Part shown: one piece after another, positions 10,682 to 22,282 of the stretch
Numbering within the stretch: the first letter of the stretch is position 1
How the letters are laid out: every line of letters starts with the position of its first letter
Assembly (NCBI GenBank): GCA_963713605.1
Contig: CAVQMO010000001.1
Location: forward strand, 672,001-736,000
DNA length: 64,000 nucleotides
Direction: 5' to 3'
Source of the DNA: an uncultured Nitrososphaerales archaeon
GTDB taxonomy: Archaea > Thermoproteota > Nitrososphaeria > Nitrososphaerales > Nitrososphaeraceae
The notes under the pieces: model-generated
Databases searched by the model: none
Told to the model about the DNA's origin: nothing
The model's input: the letters and a program-made list of their open reading frames with translations, nothing else
Position numbers and translations under genes: made by a program

Positions 10682-12063
10682 ATAGTTCCAAGTCCAGCAG
10701 CAGGATGTCCAGTTATATAATTTTCTTTACTCTAACTGCATTATCAGTCTTATCTATTGCGTTAATCGTGCTAAATCTATTTCCGTCTGTATTATCGATT
10801 TGGTCGCAAGATCACCAACTAACTTTTTTTGCATCGTCTGATAATACCGTAGGAACGCAGAAAAAGTCATCGGCTGACGATTCAGTAAAAATCGGTGCTC
10901 TCCTGCCGCTAAGTGGAGTAAGTGCTTCATCAGGAAAATCCACTGAAACTGCACTAGTTAAAGCATTTGAGGATGTTAATGCATATTTCTCGGATACCAA
11001 TTCGAGCGTTCGCTTCGACTTAGTAATACAAGATACAGAATCAGACCCAGCAACAAGTCTCGAAAAGTTGAAATTGTTAGCAAAGAATGACATTGGGATA
11101 GTAATAGGTCCCGCAACCAGCGCAGACGTGGAAGCAATTAAAGACTACGCTGATAAAAATGACATTATAGTCATGAGCCATTCTAGTACTGCGCCATCGC
11201 TTGCAATTGAAGGAGATAATATATTTAGGTTCGTTCCTGATGATCTGGGCCAGGCTAAAGCAATCGCAAGAGAAATGTGGAGCCAGGATATAAGAATGGT
11301 AATCCCTTTCTGGAGGGATGACATTTACGGCCATGAACTAATGCAAGCAGTCAGAGCCAATTTTCAGAAATTGGGAGGTGAGTTTGATAAATATTCTGAT
11401 AAAACTGGCTACGCACCGCGGACTGGACAGTTGGCCGCCAGCTTACATAGAATCAATTTTGTTATGTGGGATAATGCTTTGAAATTGTTAGAAAAAAGGG
11501 TTGAGAATGCATTGTCAAGATACCCTCCAGACAAAATTGGAGTGTATATGGTTTCTCTTGATGAAGTGACCCCCATATTTATTCAGGCATACAACCATCC
11601 GGTACTATCTAAGGTAAAGTGGTACGGAAGCGATGGAACTGCGCTCAACGAGAAGCTCATCAGGAATCGCGAATCTGCCCTCTTTGCAGTCAATACCTCA
11701 TTTAGCAATCCTATCTATAGTTTGCAAAATGGGAATTACGAGAAACTTAGCGAGTTATTAGAAGATATTCGATCACATGTACATGTTACCCCGTCACCCT
11801 ATTCCGCTGTCGCATATGATGCGTTCTGGGTCGCAGCTTTGGCAGAGAACGTTAGTATACACAACGACGGAAATGACACCTCAATTGAAGGTCTCAAGGC
11901 AGCTATAATGAATTCTGCAAATTCGTATTTTGGAGTTACTGGCAATACTACTCTCAACAGGGTGGGCGATAGGGCTGAGGGCAAGTACGATTACTGGAAA
12001 GTAGGAGCCATACCTGTTGAAGGTAGGGCACCGAGTTTTACTTGGACAAAGGCGCCTAATTAG
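10567..12063 (+). CDS. Membrane-anchored type-1 periplasmic-binding (LivK/LivJ-like) substrate-binding protein
   Basis: VKIGALLPLSG, IVIGPATS, STAPSL...IFRFVPDD, AYDAFW, GVTG...GDR motifs after one TM helix. Confidence 0.85.
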   Translation: MDRGISSRTRTNPNLTNSDSPNFEESSAQQYDINNSKLNSSKSSSRMSSYIIFFTLTALSVLSIALIVLNLFPSVLSIWSQDHQLTFFASSDNTVGTQKKSSADDSVKIGALLPLSGVSASSGKSTETALVKAFEDVNAYFSDTNSSVRFDLVIQDTESDPATSLEKLKLLAKNDIGIVIGPATSADVEAIKDYADKNDIIVMSHSSTAPSLAIEGDNIFRFVPDDLGQAKAIAREMWSQDIRMVIPFWRDDIYGHELMQAVRANFQKLGGEFDKYSDKTGYAPRTGQLAASLHRINFVMWDNALKLLEKRVENALSRYPPDKIGVYMVSLDEVTPIFIQAYNHPVLSKVKWYGSDGTALNEKLIRNRESALFAVNTSFSNPIYSLQNGNYEKLSELLEDIRSHVHVTPSPYSAVAYDAFWVAALAENVSIHNDGNDTSIEGLKAAIMNSANSYFGVTGNTTLNRVGDRAEGKYDYWKVGAIPVEGRAPSFTWTKAPN

Positions 12064-12381
12064 AGAATATGCAGGAAGATGAACTTGTTATTTCTTGACT
12101 GGATCACATGGAACATCTGAGTTGCGAGCGTCATCTGAGTGGAATCAGTACTAAAAGAATTCCTACGATCGGGATTATTGTCTTCACTAATATTCACCAA
12201 AACTCACTATACGATTACATCCTAATAAAATAGAATACAAATGCTGCCTGTTACAGAAGCTCATTCATGCTCCAGGAAAGTTGATTACATAATTCGCCAC
12301 ATCTAAAGTTAGAAAAAGAGATTTTTAATCAGTTCTGCTTTCTATGAAGTCACTACTTGCATCGAAGTAGAGTAGTTATCC

Positions 12382-13312
12382 TTGCTCCCTTTTGCACTCT
12401 GGTCAATCCTGAGCGTTATCGACTTAATTGTAGTAATAAGATTTACATTATTCTCATCATCGTTGCTGGCTCGTAAGGATCATATGATTCAAACTTTTTC
12501 GGATCTAGTCCAATTCAATCATGATACGTCATCCCATGCTTACATACAACATCTTTTTAAGAAGTATGTAGCCGAAAATAAACCATCGTGCAAAATGCTT
12601 CCGGAGTAATTTTCATCGTGAAAGAGATGGTAAAGCACCTTATTAACTTGCTATTTGTCAATGCACTCTTCATATTCGTTGTTCGCAAAAGAACAAAATC
12701 AGGAGCAGAGTACAATATCAAGTTAATTGGACAGCCGACTAACTACTTTAAATTTAGCGCCCCATCATCGGCATATCGTTTGCGGTTATTGCAATATTAA
12801 TTGTATTTGTATTCACTCAAAACGTAATGATAGTAATTGCTGCTGTATTCATTTCTCTTGGGACGGGGCGACAGATCTTTGCCTCGGCACTGGATGTCGT
12901 AACAACGAACCTGAACGCCTTTTTGTCGTCTTGGACATCAACTCTTCTATTGCTTGCAAAGAACATGCCGATGGTGACAACGACAGATTGGCGTTCCATA
13001 GAAAGGCGAATCGAGGTGATACTCATGAGCAGGGGGCTTGAGTATAATTTGCCTGCTAAACTTGATGCGGTAAAACCAGAATCTCGGCAAATATTATTAG
13101 AGTATCTGGATGAGCACAAATGGGAGTTAGAATGTCAACAGGCTATTACAGATGATGATTCTAGTTGCCATGCATTTGTCCAATACGCAGCCAAACAGAT
13201 GAGAGAAAAATTTCAGATATATGATGAACTGGAAGAACTACAGGAAAGAAGTGGAGGCGTTAACGCAGTAATCCTGATAGCATTGGGAACGTTGGTTTGG
13301 TTAATTTCATAG
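12382..13312 (+). pseudogene. Hypothetical membrane protein split into three frames; paralog of 2272-3003
   Basis: ORFs 12382-12609, 12588-12800 and 12827-13312 together match the 2272-3003 protein. Confidence 0.65.
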
Positions 13313-13320
13313 TTTTGTAT

Positions 13321-13440
13321 TACGGCTGTAGACGGCTGGAGCATGTAGGTCTCCAGCTCGTCAATGATTTCGTCGCTCTCGGCTTCGTCGAAGCCCTCGA
13401 TGTAGAGGATCTGGCCGCCCAGTTTCCGGATGCACGCGGC
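13321..13440 (-). pseudogene. GC-rich scrap of a TauD/TfdA-family dioxygenase
   Basis: Minus strand reads RVHPETGR and, in an adjacent frame, YIEGFDEAESDEIIDELETYMLQP. Much higher GC than the flanks. Confidence 0.55.
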
Positions 13441-13777
13441 CTTAGATCAGGAGTAGTGATAGATAGTCGGCTGAAGTGTCTGCTCCCAACCGACTCACGA
13501 CTTTGTTACTCTTGAACTAGTAACTACCAACTAACTAATACCAGAACTGAAGAAACATTACCCCCATTACTCATCGTCAACCCTAAATCTCCCCGCCATC
13601 GTATAGTTTCAGGGCGATGGCCATCGGCGCAGAAAATAATTTCGGCATGTTTATCAACGCCGGTTAGCATGGAGTGATTCATATAATGCAGTTACAAGCC
13701 CCTTACTCAAAAGAAACTACAGATCAGACTAATTCTGTTTGTAGAGGTATTAGACATCAATATTAGAGACACAGCAA

Positions 13778-15051
13778 ATGGAGATGTCGATGAGTAGTGG
13801 CGCAGAAGAATCGGCATTGAAAGGCAGGCTATTATAGGCTAATGCTCTATGCAGGGTTATTCGGTGGTCTTTCCTCTCTTATAACTACTGGATACATCAC
13901 ACTCTACAACCAGGGTGTCAACTTTTTGGGCAGCATAGCGTATTCCTATTTAACATTAACTTTTGGCCGCTTATTCTGTTGGGAGTAGCCGGTGTTTTCA
14001 TTGGCCTTGTCATCAAGTTCGTTGGGCAGCATCGGAGGACTGGGAGTTGCTCAAACCCAATACGCGCAGACCGGTGGCCTCAACTACCGTAACCTACCAA
14101 GTATCCTTCTTCAAGGATTTATAGCATTATGGAGTGGTGCAGCAGTTGGTCCGGTGGGAACGCTTGTTTTTCTTGCAGGTGGATTAGGTACCTTTGTCTC
14201 CGAACGACTTAAGCTTCAGAAGGACGACATACAAGTATTAACTTACAGTGCCATTGCAGGGGCACTTGGCGGTTTCTTTGGATCTCCGATACATTGGAGC
14301 CGTTTATGCAGTCGAATACATGTTGATCAAGGAGCTGAAATTGGTATCGTCACCTCATCCCTGGGCTCATAGCAGGAGCTGTGGGTTATGGTGTCTACTT
14401 TGCGATTTTACATACGTCATTTCTAGGTGTATACAGCTTCCCTGACTTTGCCTCCCTTCGTGTAGTCGACCTGGTCTGGGCATTGCTGGTGGGAATGATT
14501 GCGGCACTAATCGGGACCTTGTTCAAGTTGGTATTCGGACTTGTCCATCGTGTTTTTGGCCGACTTAACAAGAGACCAGTCATCCTTGCCATCATAGGCG
14601 GCTTATCATTGGCTTGATTGGTTCATTTCTTCCACTAACACTTTACTCTGGCCAGCACCAGTTGCTAGAAATCATTCGAAACCCGGCTTCATTTGGTATA
14701 GGGATACTACTGCTGATGATGCTGGTAAAGATTTTACTTACAGGTACATCGTTTGCTACAGGATTTGAAGGGGATCCAATGTTTCCATTACTATTTATAG
14801 GAGGTACGCTAGGACAGGTCCTATCAGAAATTCTAACATTCATTCCACAGGGTGTGGGTGTACTTGCAGGTATGGCAGGTGTCGCATGTGCTTTCCTCCC
14901 GATTCCCTTATCAGTTGCTCTCCTACTGGGGTTATTCGGAGGACAGACTGACCTAATACCAGTCATTGTCATTGGAGCAGTAACAGGTTTCATTGTGTCC
15001 AAGGCACTCACCCCACTGCTTCCCAAACAGCCAGGTAGTAACAAACAATGA
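13778..15051 (+). pseudogene. CLC-family chloride channel/transporter, multiply frameshifted
   Basis: Consecutive fragments: GAAVGPVG, AGALGGFFGSP, FATGFEGDPMFP...GGTLG, AGMAG...P.S (CLC helices). Confidence 0.75.
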
Positions 15052-15536
15052 TATTGAGTGACGACGTGGCATGAACCTTTAAAGCAGTAAGTCTCCAACT
15101 ACAGTAACATCCATTCTAGATATAACTACCATTACAAGATTACGATATCTAAGAACATAACTAACCATCTAGATGCAACAGTTAGTCGGCATAATCTTAT
15201 ATTGATGAATAAAGTTTCAATATTGGCGACACAGTATCCGTAAGAATGGGTGAAACATTACCTCTACAGCCTCTCGTCTTTTCGCCTCCAGCGTTTTCAA
15301 GACATTATTTATTGCCTCTGCTATAAGCCTATGACCTTCTGCGTTGCCTACTTGGTCGCCATGGAAATAGCCCTCAGCCAATGCTGCTTGCCTATAGAAC
15401 TCTAGTGATAAATATCCCATAGTGTGTGTCATATCCGAACGGTTGATATTGTCGAGGAGATCGCCCAAATTTCTAAGTCTCTTTTCTCTCTTATCCGCCG
15501 GCTTGTAAGACATAGCAATCACTATCCAATATTCAA

Positions 15537-15945
15537 ATGTTGCAATATTTATTGTTAGAAACAGGCTCTTCAGTCGCTTGATTAGTTCGATGGCTAACTC
15601 GATGCGGGGGCCTGTAACTATACACATCTGTGATCCTTTCAGATTATCATCCCGTAAGCATAACCACGACATATAACGTAGCATCAACTCAGTAATGCCT
15701 AATCCAGTAAGCTTTCTTTATCCATACCTGCTTGTGATTCTGTAGTGTGTACTATACTGGCTTTTCGTAATCGAATAATGGATAAGGTTGACCATTCTTT
15801 TGATATGATATGGTTTAGCGTTCTGATATCTTGTGGATTATACCAGTTATAGAATGGCAAACCTTTCAGTAGTTCAAACTGCCCTAATGTTGAACTACCA
15901 GGCTTTTGGTCGTACTTATCTAGTATCTTTCCAATCCTATTACAT
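15537..15945 (-). pseudogene. Terminase large subunit N-terminal ATPase relic
   Basis: LKGLPFYNW...YPLFDYE...HKQVWIKKA/TGLGITELMLRYMSWLCL...MCIVTGPRIELA (Walker A-like KATGLGITE broken by a frameshift). Confidence 0.7.
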
Positions 15946-16654
15946 TAATCAATATTCTCTCACGTTTCTGACATGGATATAGAACCTAACAAGTCAGAGA
16001 AGAATATTGTCACCATTTCGATAGCTTGGTATCAATCTGATACAGCAGTACCCAAGCGATTTTACTGACTATGGGTACTCATAGTAGCCACCGGTAAGTA
16101 CAATACTGTCGCGTTCGGAATCGGGTACTAACGTCTCCACCTTCTCTCGCTTTTTGTGCTCTGGAGTAACCATTCGGTCAGTCTGATACATACGTACCAT
16201 CTCAGGTATTTCTTTTCTTCTTGTATGTCTTGTATGTCATTTATTTCTGATGAAAGATATCTCTTCCGAGACGACGAGAATGCAAAATGTAAATAAATTT
16301 CGTACTGCACCCAACATGGAGTTTGGACTATCTGAGTTGGAGTTATTCACCTTTTTACCTTAAACCATAAAGACTATTTTATTGCACAGGAATTGAAAAT
16401 CCCTTTCCGGAGTTTGCTGGAATGAAACGAGAGATTTAGTGTGGCTGCTTGAAGAATCGAATGAAAATGGCCTTGAGATTGACAATGGGTGAGATCACTA
16501 AGGAGACGTATTTAGATCTGCTAAGGCTGTTGTCTGAGTAACAATAATAGACGATACTAAGTCATCATTATGTGTCTACGGTAAGAAGATTGAGAAACTT
16601 ATCATGAATATCTACTCATCAATTAACCGGAGATACACGCTACTTGATATGAAG

Positions 16655-17425
16655 TCAAGCTGCCTGCTCAGGCGCTACGACTCTAAAATCTCTAAAGTCA
16701 AGTAATCCAAATTCACTAATGAAATTGTCTATTACTTGCTTGTACTCATTCAGGTCGAGGCCCTTCTCAAGCCTTCCTCTGTTGAGGTTTGTAATCATCT
16801 TAGTGAATCTTTCCAAGTTCATCGCCAATCCATAGTAGTCTCGCACCCTTGCTAATGTCGTTTCATAGTGGCTTTTCATGCCTGAAGCAGTAGCGTCCGA
16901 AACTAACACGATGTCATAGCCCAGATTGAATGCATCTCTGATTGAAGTTTCTACGCATATCGAAGTGTCAACCCCACAAAAGATTAGGACATTAATACCA
17001 ACACTTTGTAGCCATACTCTGAGCTCTGTATCTTGAAATGCTGAATCTCTCCTTTTTATAATTACATGATCGCCTTCGTCTTCTTTGGGCTTTAACTCAT
17101 CAATCGTTTGAGCATCCCATGTTCCCCTCACGCAAATCGGTATCTTCAATCTTTCTTCCCTGGACTTGGGTAAAAGTGTGTGAATTTTGGTCAGGAGATC
17201 TATCCCACTTGCTTCCCTAACTGATTCAGTATAGAATACCGGTATATCTAAAGATTTGCAAAAGTCAATAAGCTCCCTAACTTTAGGAATAATCTCTCTA
17301 TATAATGGTGTGTTCATTCCTAGTTTGTCGTATGATCCCTCTTTAGCTACGAATCCATTCTGCATATCGACTACTACGAGACCTAAATTAATCTTAGCAG
17401 CCCCGCCGAGTTGGACTTCGAACAT
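16655..17425 (-). CDS. Isochorismatase-family cysteine hydrolase
   Basis: D-K-C triad context: VVVDMQNGF, IIKRRDSAF, GVDTSICVETS. Confidence 0.9.
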   Translation of the reverse strand: MFEVQLGGAAKINLGLVVVDMQNGFVAKEGSYDKLGMNTPLYREIIPKVRELIDFCKSLDIPVFYTESVREASGIDLLTKIHTLLPKSREERLKIPICVRGTWDAQTIDELKPKEDEGDHVIIKRRDSAFQDTELRVWLQSVGINVLIFCGVDTSICVETSIRDAFNLGYDIVLVSDATASGMKSHYETTLARVRDYYGLAMNLERFTKMITNLNRGRLEKGLDLNEYKQVIDNFISEFGLLDFRDFRVVAPEQAA

Positions 17426-18665
17426 ATTACGATATATTCGATGTGTTGTAAATAAACATGTCTGTTATTTTGAACTAATGTAAGATGCATAATGATCGTA
17501 TTAATTAGACATAGACCTGTCTATACCTTAGGGAGACGTATATAATCACGACAAAACTATGATGAAATGCTTTGCTTCTTCGTTAGGCAAGGACGGAAAA
17601 CACTGCATGGTGACATCATCTTTTTAATAATACAAGTACTTTAGAATAATATATCTGGTCGTGAAGCCTGTCAAGTTAGAACCAAGGGGATGGTTTGGAG
17701 TCTGGTACACCGGTGACAGGATTGAGTCTTATCCTCAATATTAATACTAAACCCGCTCTAATTGGTATTGTCTCAAAAATAGGTATCGAGGATTTCTTTC
17801 AATGTACCTTTCGAAAGTTGTACTTCTTTTCTGTTTGCTATGCAGTACTACTCCTCTGAAGGATTTCATTTTGTCCTCTCATTAGAGACTATAATTTATG
17901 TTTAGCATAGATGGAACTGCCATTTTTAGATTGAAAATGATATCCTTTGGAGGTAAGCAGGAACCTCAAAGGTAACGATGTACTGCACCTTAGCGGTCAG
18001 ATTCGTATTAAATCGCATGTGGATAAAGTAGGGTACTTACGAAAGAAATTCATTCCGTGGCGAAGGATTAACAAAGGTATTGCTTAACGTTCATCACATG
18101 ATATTTTTATCACTGGTTCACTTTCTAGCACGTCATCGGTCTTTTATTGTATAGGTTCAAGTGGATTTGAGAAAGCCCAAACTCTTTAGATACGGACGGG
18201 GCATAGTGATAGATACCTAGAAGACTTAGATGGAATGTAGACTCAAAAAAAGAGCCTGGAAAGTTTGATTCTGATTATTTGTTAAGATGGTGAAAGCCGT
18301 GGAGGTTGCCACACCAGAATGGAAGGAAATCTGTGATATTGATCACTATATAAGATGGAAGACCGGTTAACTAGAAATTAGTCGGGATCTTCTAGTTCCA
18401 TCAGTTCTAACTATGATGCTGTCAAAGATAGAGATGACAAGCAAAGGAACGGATAGTTCAAACGATAAAAAAACACCTTGGTGTCTACTTCATAAGGATA
18501 TGTGCGATATATCGCAGGTAGGAGAGAACGGACTCGACTCTCAAAGGTAGAAGTGAATATATAGGCAGTTTTAGTTACGCTGCACCATTCATAGTATTTT
18601 GTAACTGGCTTAATATTTGCAACTAAGTGTAACCTTATAAAGGTCACATAAAAACAGATAATATA

Positions 18666-19253
18666 TTGCAAACGACCGAGTCTCAGCCTTGGCTTAGGAT
18701 ACTTCAGATCGTTTTAGGCGGAATATGCATACTGTTATCTCTCGTTATTTTAGCATACATTGGTCCCGCATTATTGACAATTATTTTGATTCTTTCGGTG
18801 ATTTTGCTAATCGTCGGAATTGAGAGGATAGCTGTTGGGATAGCTATGCCGACATCTTCCAGAGGATCACGCTACGCTAATATTGGAATTGGTCTGCTAG
18901 TAATAGCCTTTTCTATTGTACTTATGCAATTCCCAGTATTCACATCAGCGATTTTAGTTGTTCTGGCTGCAATCGCCTTACTCATAAATGGTATTGCGAG
19001 GATAATACAGGGTATATCATCCAAGTCTTCAGCTTCATCAAGAGCTTTTCGTATAGGCGTAGGAATTCTCAGTGTTGCAGTATCTATTTTAGTTATAGCA
19101 CAACCAATATCATTCGGGTTGGTTCTATTCGCTATTATGATTTCTATTGCATTTCTAATAAGCGGAATAGAGATGATGGTATTGGGAATATCTGGCAGAG
19201 AACGGTACTCGAAGATCTATCACTTCGGCTTAAACAGGAAGTTAGCTATCTGA
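18666..19253 (+). CDS. HdeD/DUF308-family membrane protein
   Basis: Six short TM helices in repeated pairs with G..RI..G motifs. Confidence 0.75.
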   Translation: MQTTESQPWLRILQIVLGGICILLSLVILAYIGPALLTIILILSVILLIVGIERIAVGIAMPTSSRGSRYANIGIGLLVIAFSIVLMQFPVFTSAILVVLAAIALLINGIARIIQGISSKSSASSRAFRIGVGILSVAVSILVIAQPISFGLVLFAIMISIAFLISGIEMMVLGISGRERYSKIYHFGLNRKLAI

Positions 19254-19315
19254 ATTTGTAATGGCATTACAACTTTTTATAAGACTTCAGAGAATCCATA
19301 TTGCTCTTGTTATTC

Positions 19316-20833
19316 TCACGTGATGTCTTTGACTGTTAACGGCGTCATCTTAGTAGCAAGGTGTTTCATTCTGATACCTAGGAACACAGATGCAATTGCC
19401 ATTACAACTCCCATCCCAAACACAATGTTAAACGCGACTGGACTTGGATAACTTCCCTCAACATTATCAACGGTAATAGAGACCGTAACAGATGTTAGAA
19501 TTACAGTTGTGATAACTGGACCTATTGCACCTCCTACAATTCTCATCATATTTGTAATAGCTGAGGAAATTCCAGTGTATTCTCTAGGTGAAAATGAAAT
19601 AATCGTGTTAATAAATGTGGTTGGTAATAGTGCTCCAGCGATACCAAATAAGAAGAGTGCACCATTAATAGATTGTGATGTCGAATGGAATAACAAAAGC
19701 AACAAAAATGAAACAGCGGCAATTACAATGCCAGGTACCAGCAACTTCAAATTGAGTCCTCTTCTTTTTGCTATAATCAACCCGAAAATTGGCCCAAAGA
19801 TCATCATTGATAGTCCAAATGCCAACTGTAGAAATCCCACTTTGTCTGGTTCTAGTCCTAACCCTGATGGGGAAGGAGCAGCTCCCAACTGCGGAATGCC
19901 TGTAATAACGAAATACTGTAAAATACCGAACATCAACATTGTGATGTTTCCAATAAAAATAACTGGATGAAAAACTAACTTCAAGTTAACCAATGGATAT
20001 TTTACTCGCTTTTCCACAATTAGGAAAAGCACAAGAAAGATAACTCCGATGGCGAGAGGAACTATAAACGCTATTGGATTAGTGGCAATTGATCCACTGG
20101 ATGTTATTGCTATGAGAAAACTGACGAGGGTCACAGCCATCGTTATAATACCTATAAAGTCTATCCGTTGCTTTCTAGCCTGCTTCTCAGAGTTAGTAGG
20201 AATATCAACATGATCATGCTCGTGTATCTTCTTACTTTCATCGGCGTGAATGAACCTCCAGCATGCAAGTGACAAAATTACTGCAATAGGAGCGCAAAAG
20301 TAGAAATTGGCTTGCCAACCTGCGCCAGCAGCTACTATAGGTCCTAACACGGCTCCTAGCGCCATGCCCCCAGAATAGGCGGCGAGATATATACTTAAGC
20401 CAATAGGAAATTTGCTTTTCGGGAACTGATCTCTTATTAATTTAGTTGAAATCGGGGTACTAGCTATTGCTACTCCTTGAAGTGCCCTAATGGCAATGAG
20501 GGTGGATATGTCATCTGCAAATGGTGCCAAGATAGTTCCCACAGTAAAACATGCCATCATAATCATTAGCATTTTCTTGGCTCCAACAAGGTCTGACAAC
20601 CTTCCCATTATGACTGTCATAACAGCTCCTGTAACCATGTATGCTGTCATCACCCACGATGAAAGAGCTTCGGATATTTGAAATTCTTCAGCTATAGCTG
20701 GAATAGCCGGTGCCATGGCAGTATTAAGAAAGAGAAACATCACAATAGTACACGCTAATAATAAAAGTGTTTTCCACGCATTAAATGATATTTGTTCTGC
20801 AGGAGGAGGTCTGGTATCGGCAGTCGTAGACAA
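19316..20833 (-). CDS. MFS transporter (14-TM DHA2-like)
   Basis: Motif A GRLSDLVGAKK, RALQG, GWQANF, EKRVKYPLVNL. Confidence 0.9.
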   Translation of the reverse strand: MSTTADTRPPPAEQISFNAWKTLLLLACTIVMFLFLNTAMAPAIPAIAEEFQISEALSSWVMTAYMVTGAVMTVIMGRLSDLVGAKKMLMIMMACFTVGTILAPFADDISTLIAIRALQGVAIASTPISTKLIRDQFPKSKFPIGLSIYLAAYSGGMALGAVLGPIVAAGAGWQANFYFCAPIAVILSLACWRFIHADESKKIHEHDHVDIPTNSEKQARKQRIDFIGIITMAVTLVSFLIAITSSGSIATNPIAFIVPLAIGVIFLVLFLIVEKRVKYPLVNLKLVFHPVIFIGNITMLMFGILQYFVITGIPQLGAAPSPSGLGLEPDKVGFLQLAFGLSMMIFGPIFGLIIAKRRGLNLKLLVPGIVIAAVSFLLLLLFHSTSQSINGALFLFGIAGALLPTTFINTIISFSPREYTGISSAITNMMRIVGGAIGPVITTVILTSVTVSITVDNVEGSYPSPVAFNIVFGMGVVMAIASVFLGIRMKHLATKMTPLTVKDIT

Positions 20834-21084
20834 TTGGCACTATCAACACTTACAAGTATTTAAGATTAAATTCAGATGATTTCAGATGATATCCATCGGT
20901 TCTCGGCTGGTAGTACTAACCTGGAGATATATACATAGTCCTGCCTGACATTCAACAAGTATTTTTTAGATCCCAAATCGAAACTTAATTGATACTTTCT
21001 TTTCCCTTGATACTCACCATCTTAATTCTCCAGTCTTTGTGAGCTCTGAGCCACTACTCTTATCGGTATTAGAGTAATTTTCGC

Positions 21085-21375
21085 ACGGCATGACTGATGA
21101 ATTTCCCGTACTCTGTTTTTCTTGATCAGTCTTCCTTAGGATAGCTGTCAAATGTAATTGGAATACCATCTGCGACATCAACTGCCACCAGTGGGAGCCT
21201 TGTGTGGTGGCTATTGGAAATTTTGCAAACCGTTCTTCGTTACTATAGCGATACCAGGTATTATCTGAATCATAAAATTTACTGTCACGTGTAGGTCCAT
21301 GGGGATAAAACACAGTTGGTACTCCAAATATTGCAAACTCTTTAGCTGAAAAGTACCTTCTTCGGCTTGGATAGT
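21085..21375 (-). pseudogene. Patatin-like gene internal fragment
   Basis: RRYFSAKEFAIFGVPTVF...FYDSDNTWYRY...ERFAKFPIAT matches both other patatin copies. Confidence 0.75.
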
Positions 21376-21436
21376 TGACATCCAAAAGTAAAACTAGCAC
21401 AATAGGTCTAGACCGGTTTTAATTTTAGGCTGTGGC

Positions 21437-21910
21437 TCAAGAATGCCTGACAATATCATGCCTACTTTTAACTATCATTAGGACGTACGAGGCCGCAACA
21501 GGAATAAGAAGCAAGAACGCAACATTTAGAACTGGATCGTTTAATGCACCAGATAACAGAGCATTAGTGATGTATCGTACGAGTATAACTGTGACAGGAA
21601 CAATTAGTGCAAAATAAGCAATTAGATAGAGTCTCTTCGTAAAGACAGAAAGTTTGTGTTCCTGTCCAATATACAGACCAAAGATTACAAATGCCAATCC
21701 CATCATGAAGACAATAATGGTCAGGTTTAGCTGGATGATACTTCCTTGTCTTGATTGTTCCAAAAGCTCAATTATGGTATCAAGACGATCTGCTGTCTCT
21801 CCACTCGTGTCTTGACCAAACACTGCTTGCTGGGCACAAACGGCACAACCCATATCGAACGGTGTAAGTAAAAGCAACAGCAAAGTAATCTTCAAATGAA
21901 TCGAAAACAA
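21437..21910 (-). CDS. Hypothetical membrane protein (signal-like N-terminus plus 3 TM)
   Basis: 157-aa ORF. Its 3' half is duplicated at about 31830-32102. Confidence 0.6.
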   Translation of the reverse strand: MFSIHLKITLLLLLLTPFDMGCAVCAQQAVFGQDTSGETADRLDTIIELLEQSRQGSIIQLNLTIIVFMMGLAFVIFGLYIGQEHKLSVFTKRLYLIAYFALIVPVTVILVRYITNALLSGALNDPVLNVAFLLLIPVAASYVLMIVKSRHDIVRHS

Positions 21911-22021
21911 TCGAAATGACTATTTGGATGAGCGATAATTAAATCTATCAGACTCTGGCTCTATCAAGTCTAGACCAAGCCAAGTTTAATGGCCAGTAGA
22001 AAAGAATATTCATTACGATGA

Positions 22022-22064
22022 AAATAAATAGAAATCCTAAATATTATTGAGTTATTAATTATCC
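22022..22064 (+). repeat. 43-bp perfect direct repeat, copy 1
   Basis: aaataaatagaaatcctaaatattattgagttattaattatcc, identical to 56773-56815. Confidence 0.9.
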
Positions 22065-22282
22065 CATTCCCGGCAAAGGTAGACCGGACGAACGGAAGAG
22101 AATCAAGACGTAACTGAGTATATTTCTAGCAAAATACCTCTTACTGACCGTGACAACTGTCGCACCCAATATTATCTTAATACTTTCATACTTGACCAAA
22201 TAATCCCCTGACAAATTTAACTTCAGCAGATCGGCCTGAGTTAAAGCAGAATATAATAAGGTCATCTTCCAACTCAGTTCAT

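Noticed and set aside
13590..13680. Fluoride riboswitch upstream of the CLC gene
   Set aside because: GGCGATGG is present and pairs with an upstream gccatcg, but I cannot find the rest of the crcB consensus or the pseudoknot partner.
14643..15098. Antisense ORFs in the track (also 19509-19970, 24788-25138, 48019-48432, 59524-59865 and similar)
   Set aside because: Shadows of well-supported genes on the opposite strand, with no motifs of their own.
18510..18550. tRNA-like fragment on the minus strand
   Set aside because: No convincing T-loop or acceptor stem.
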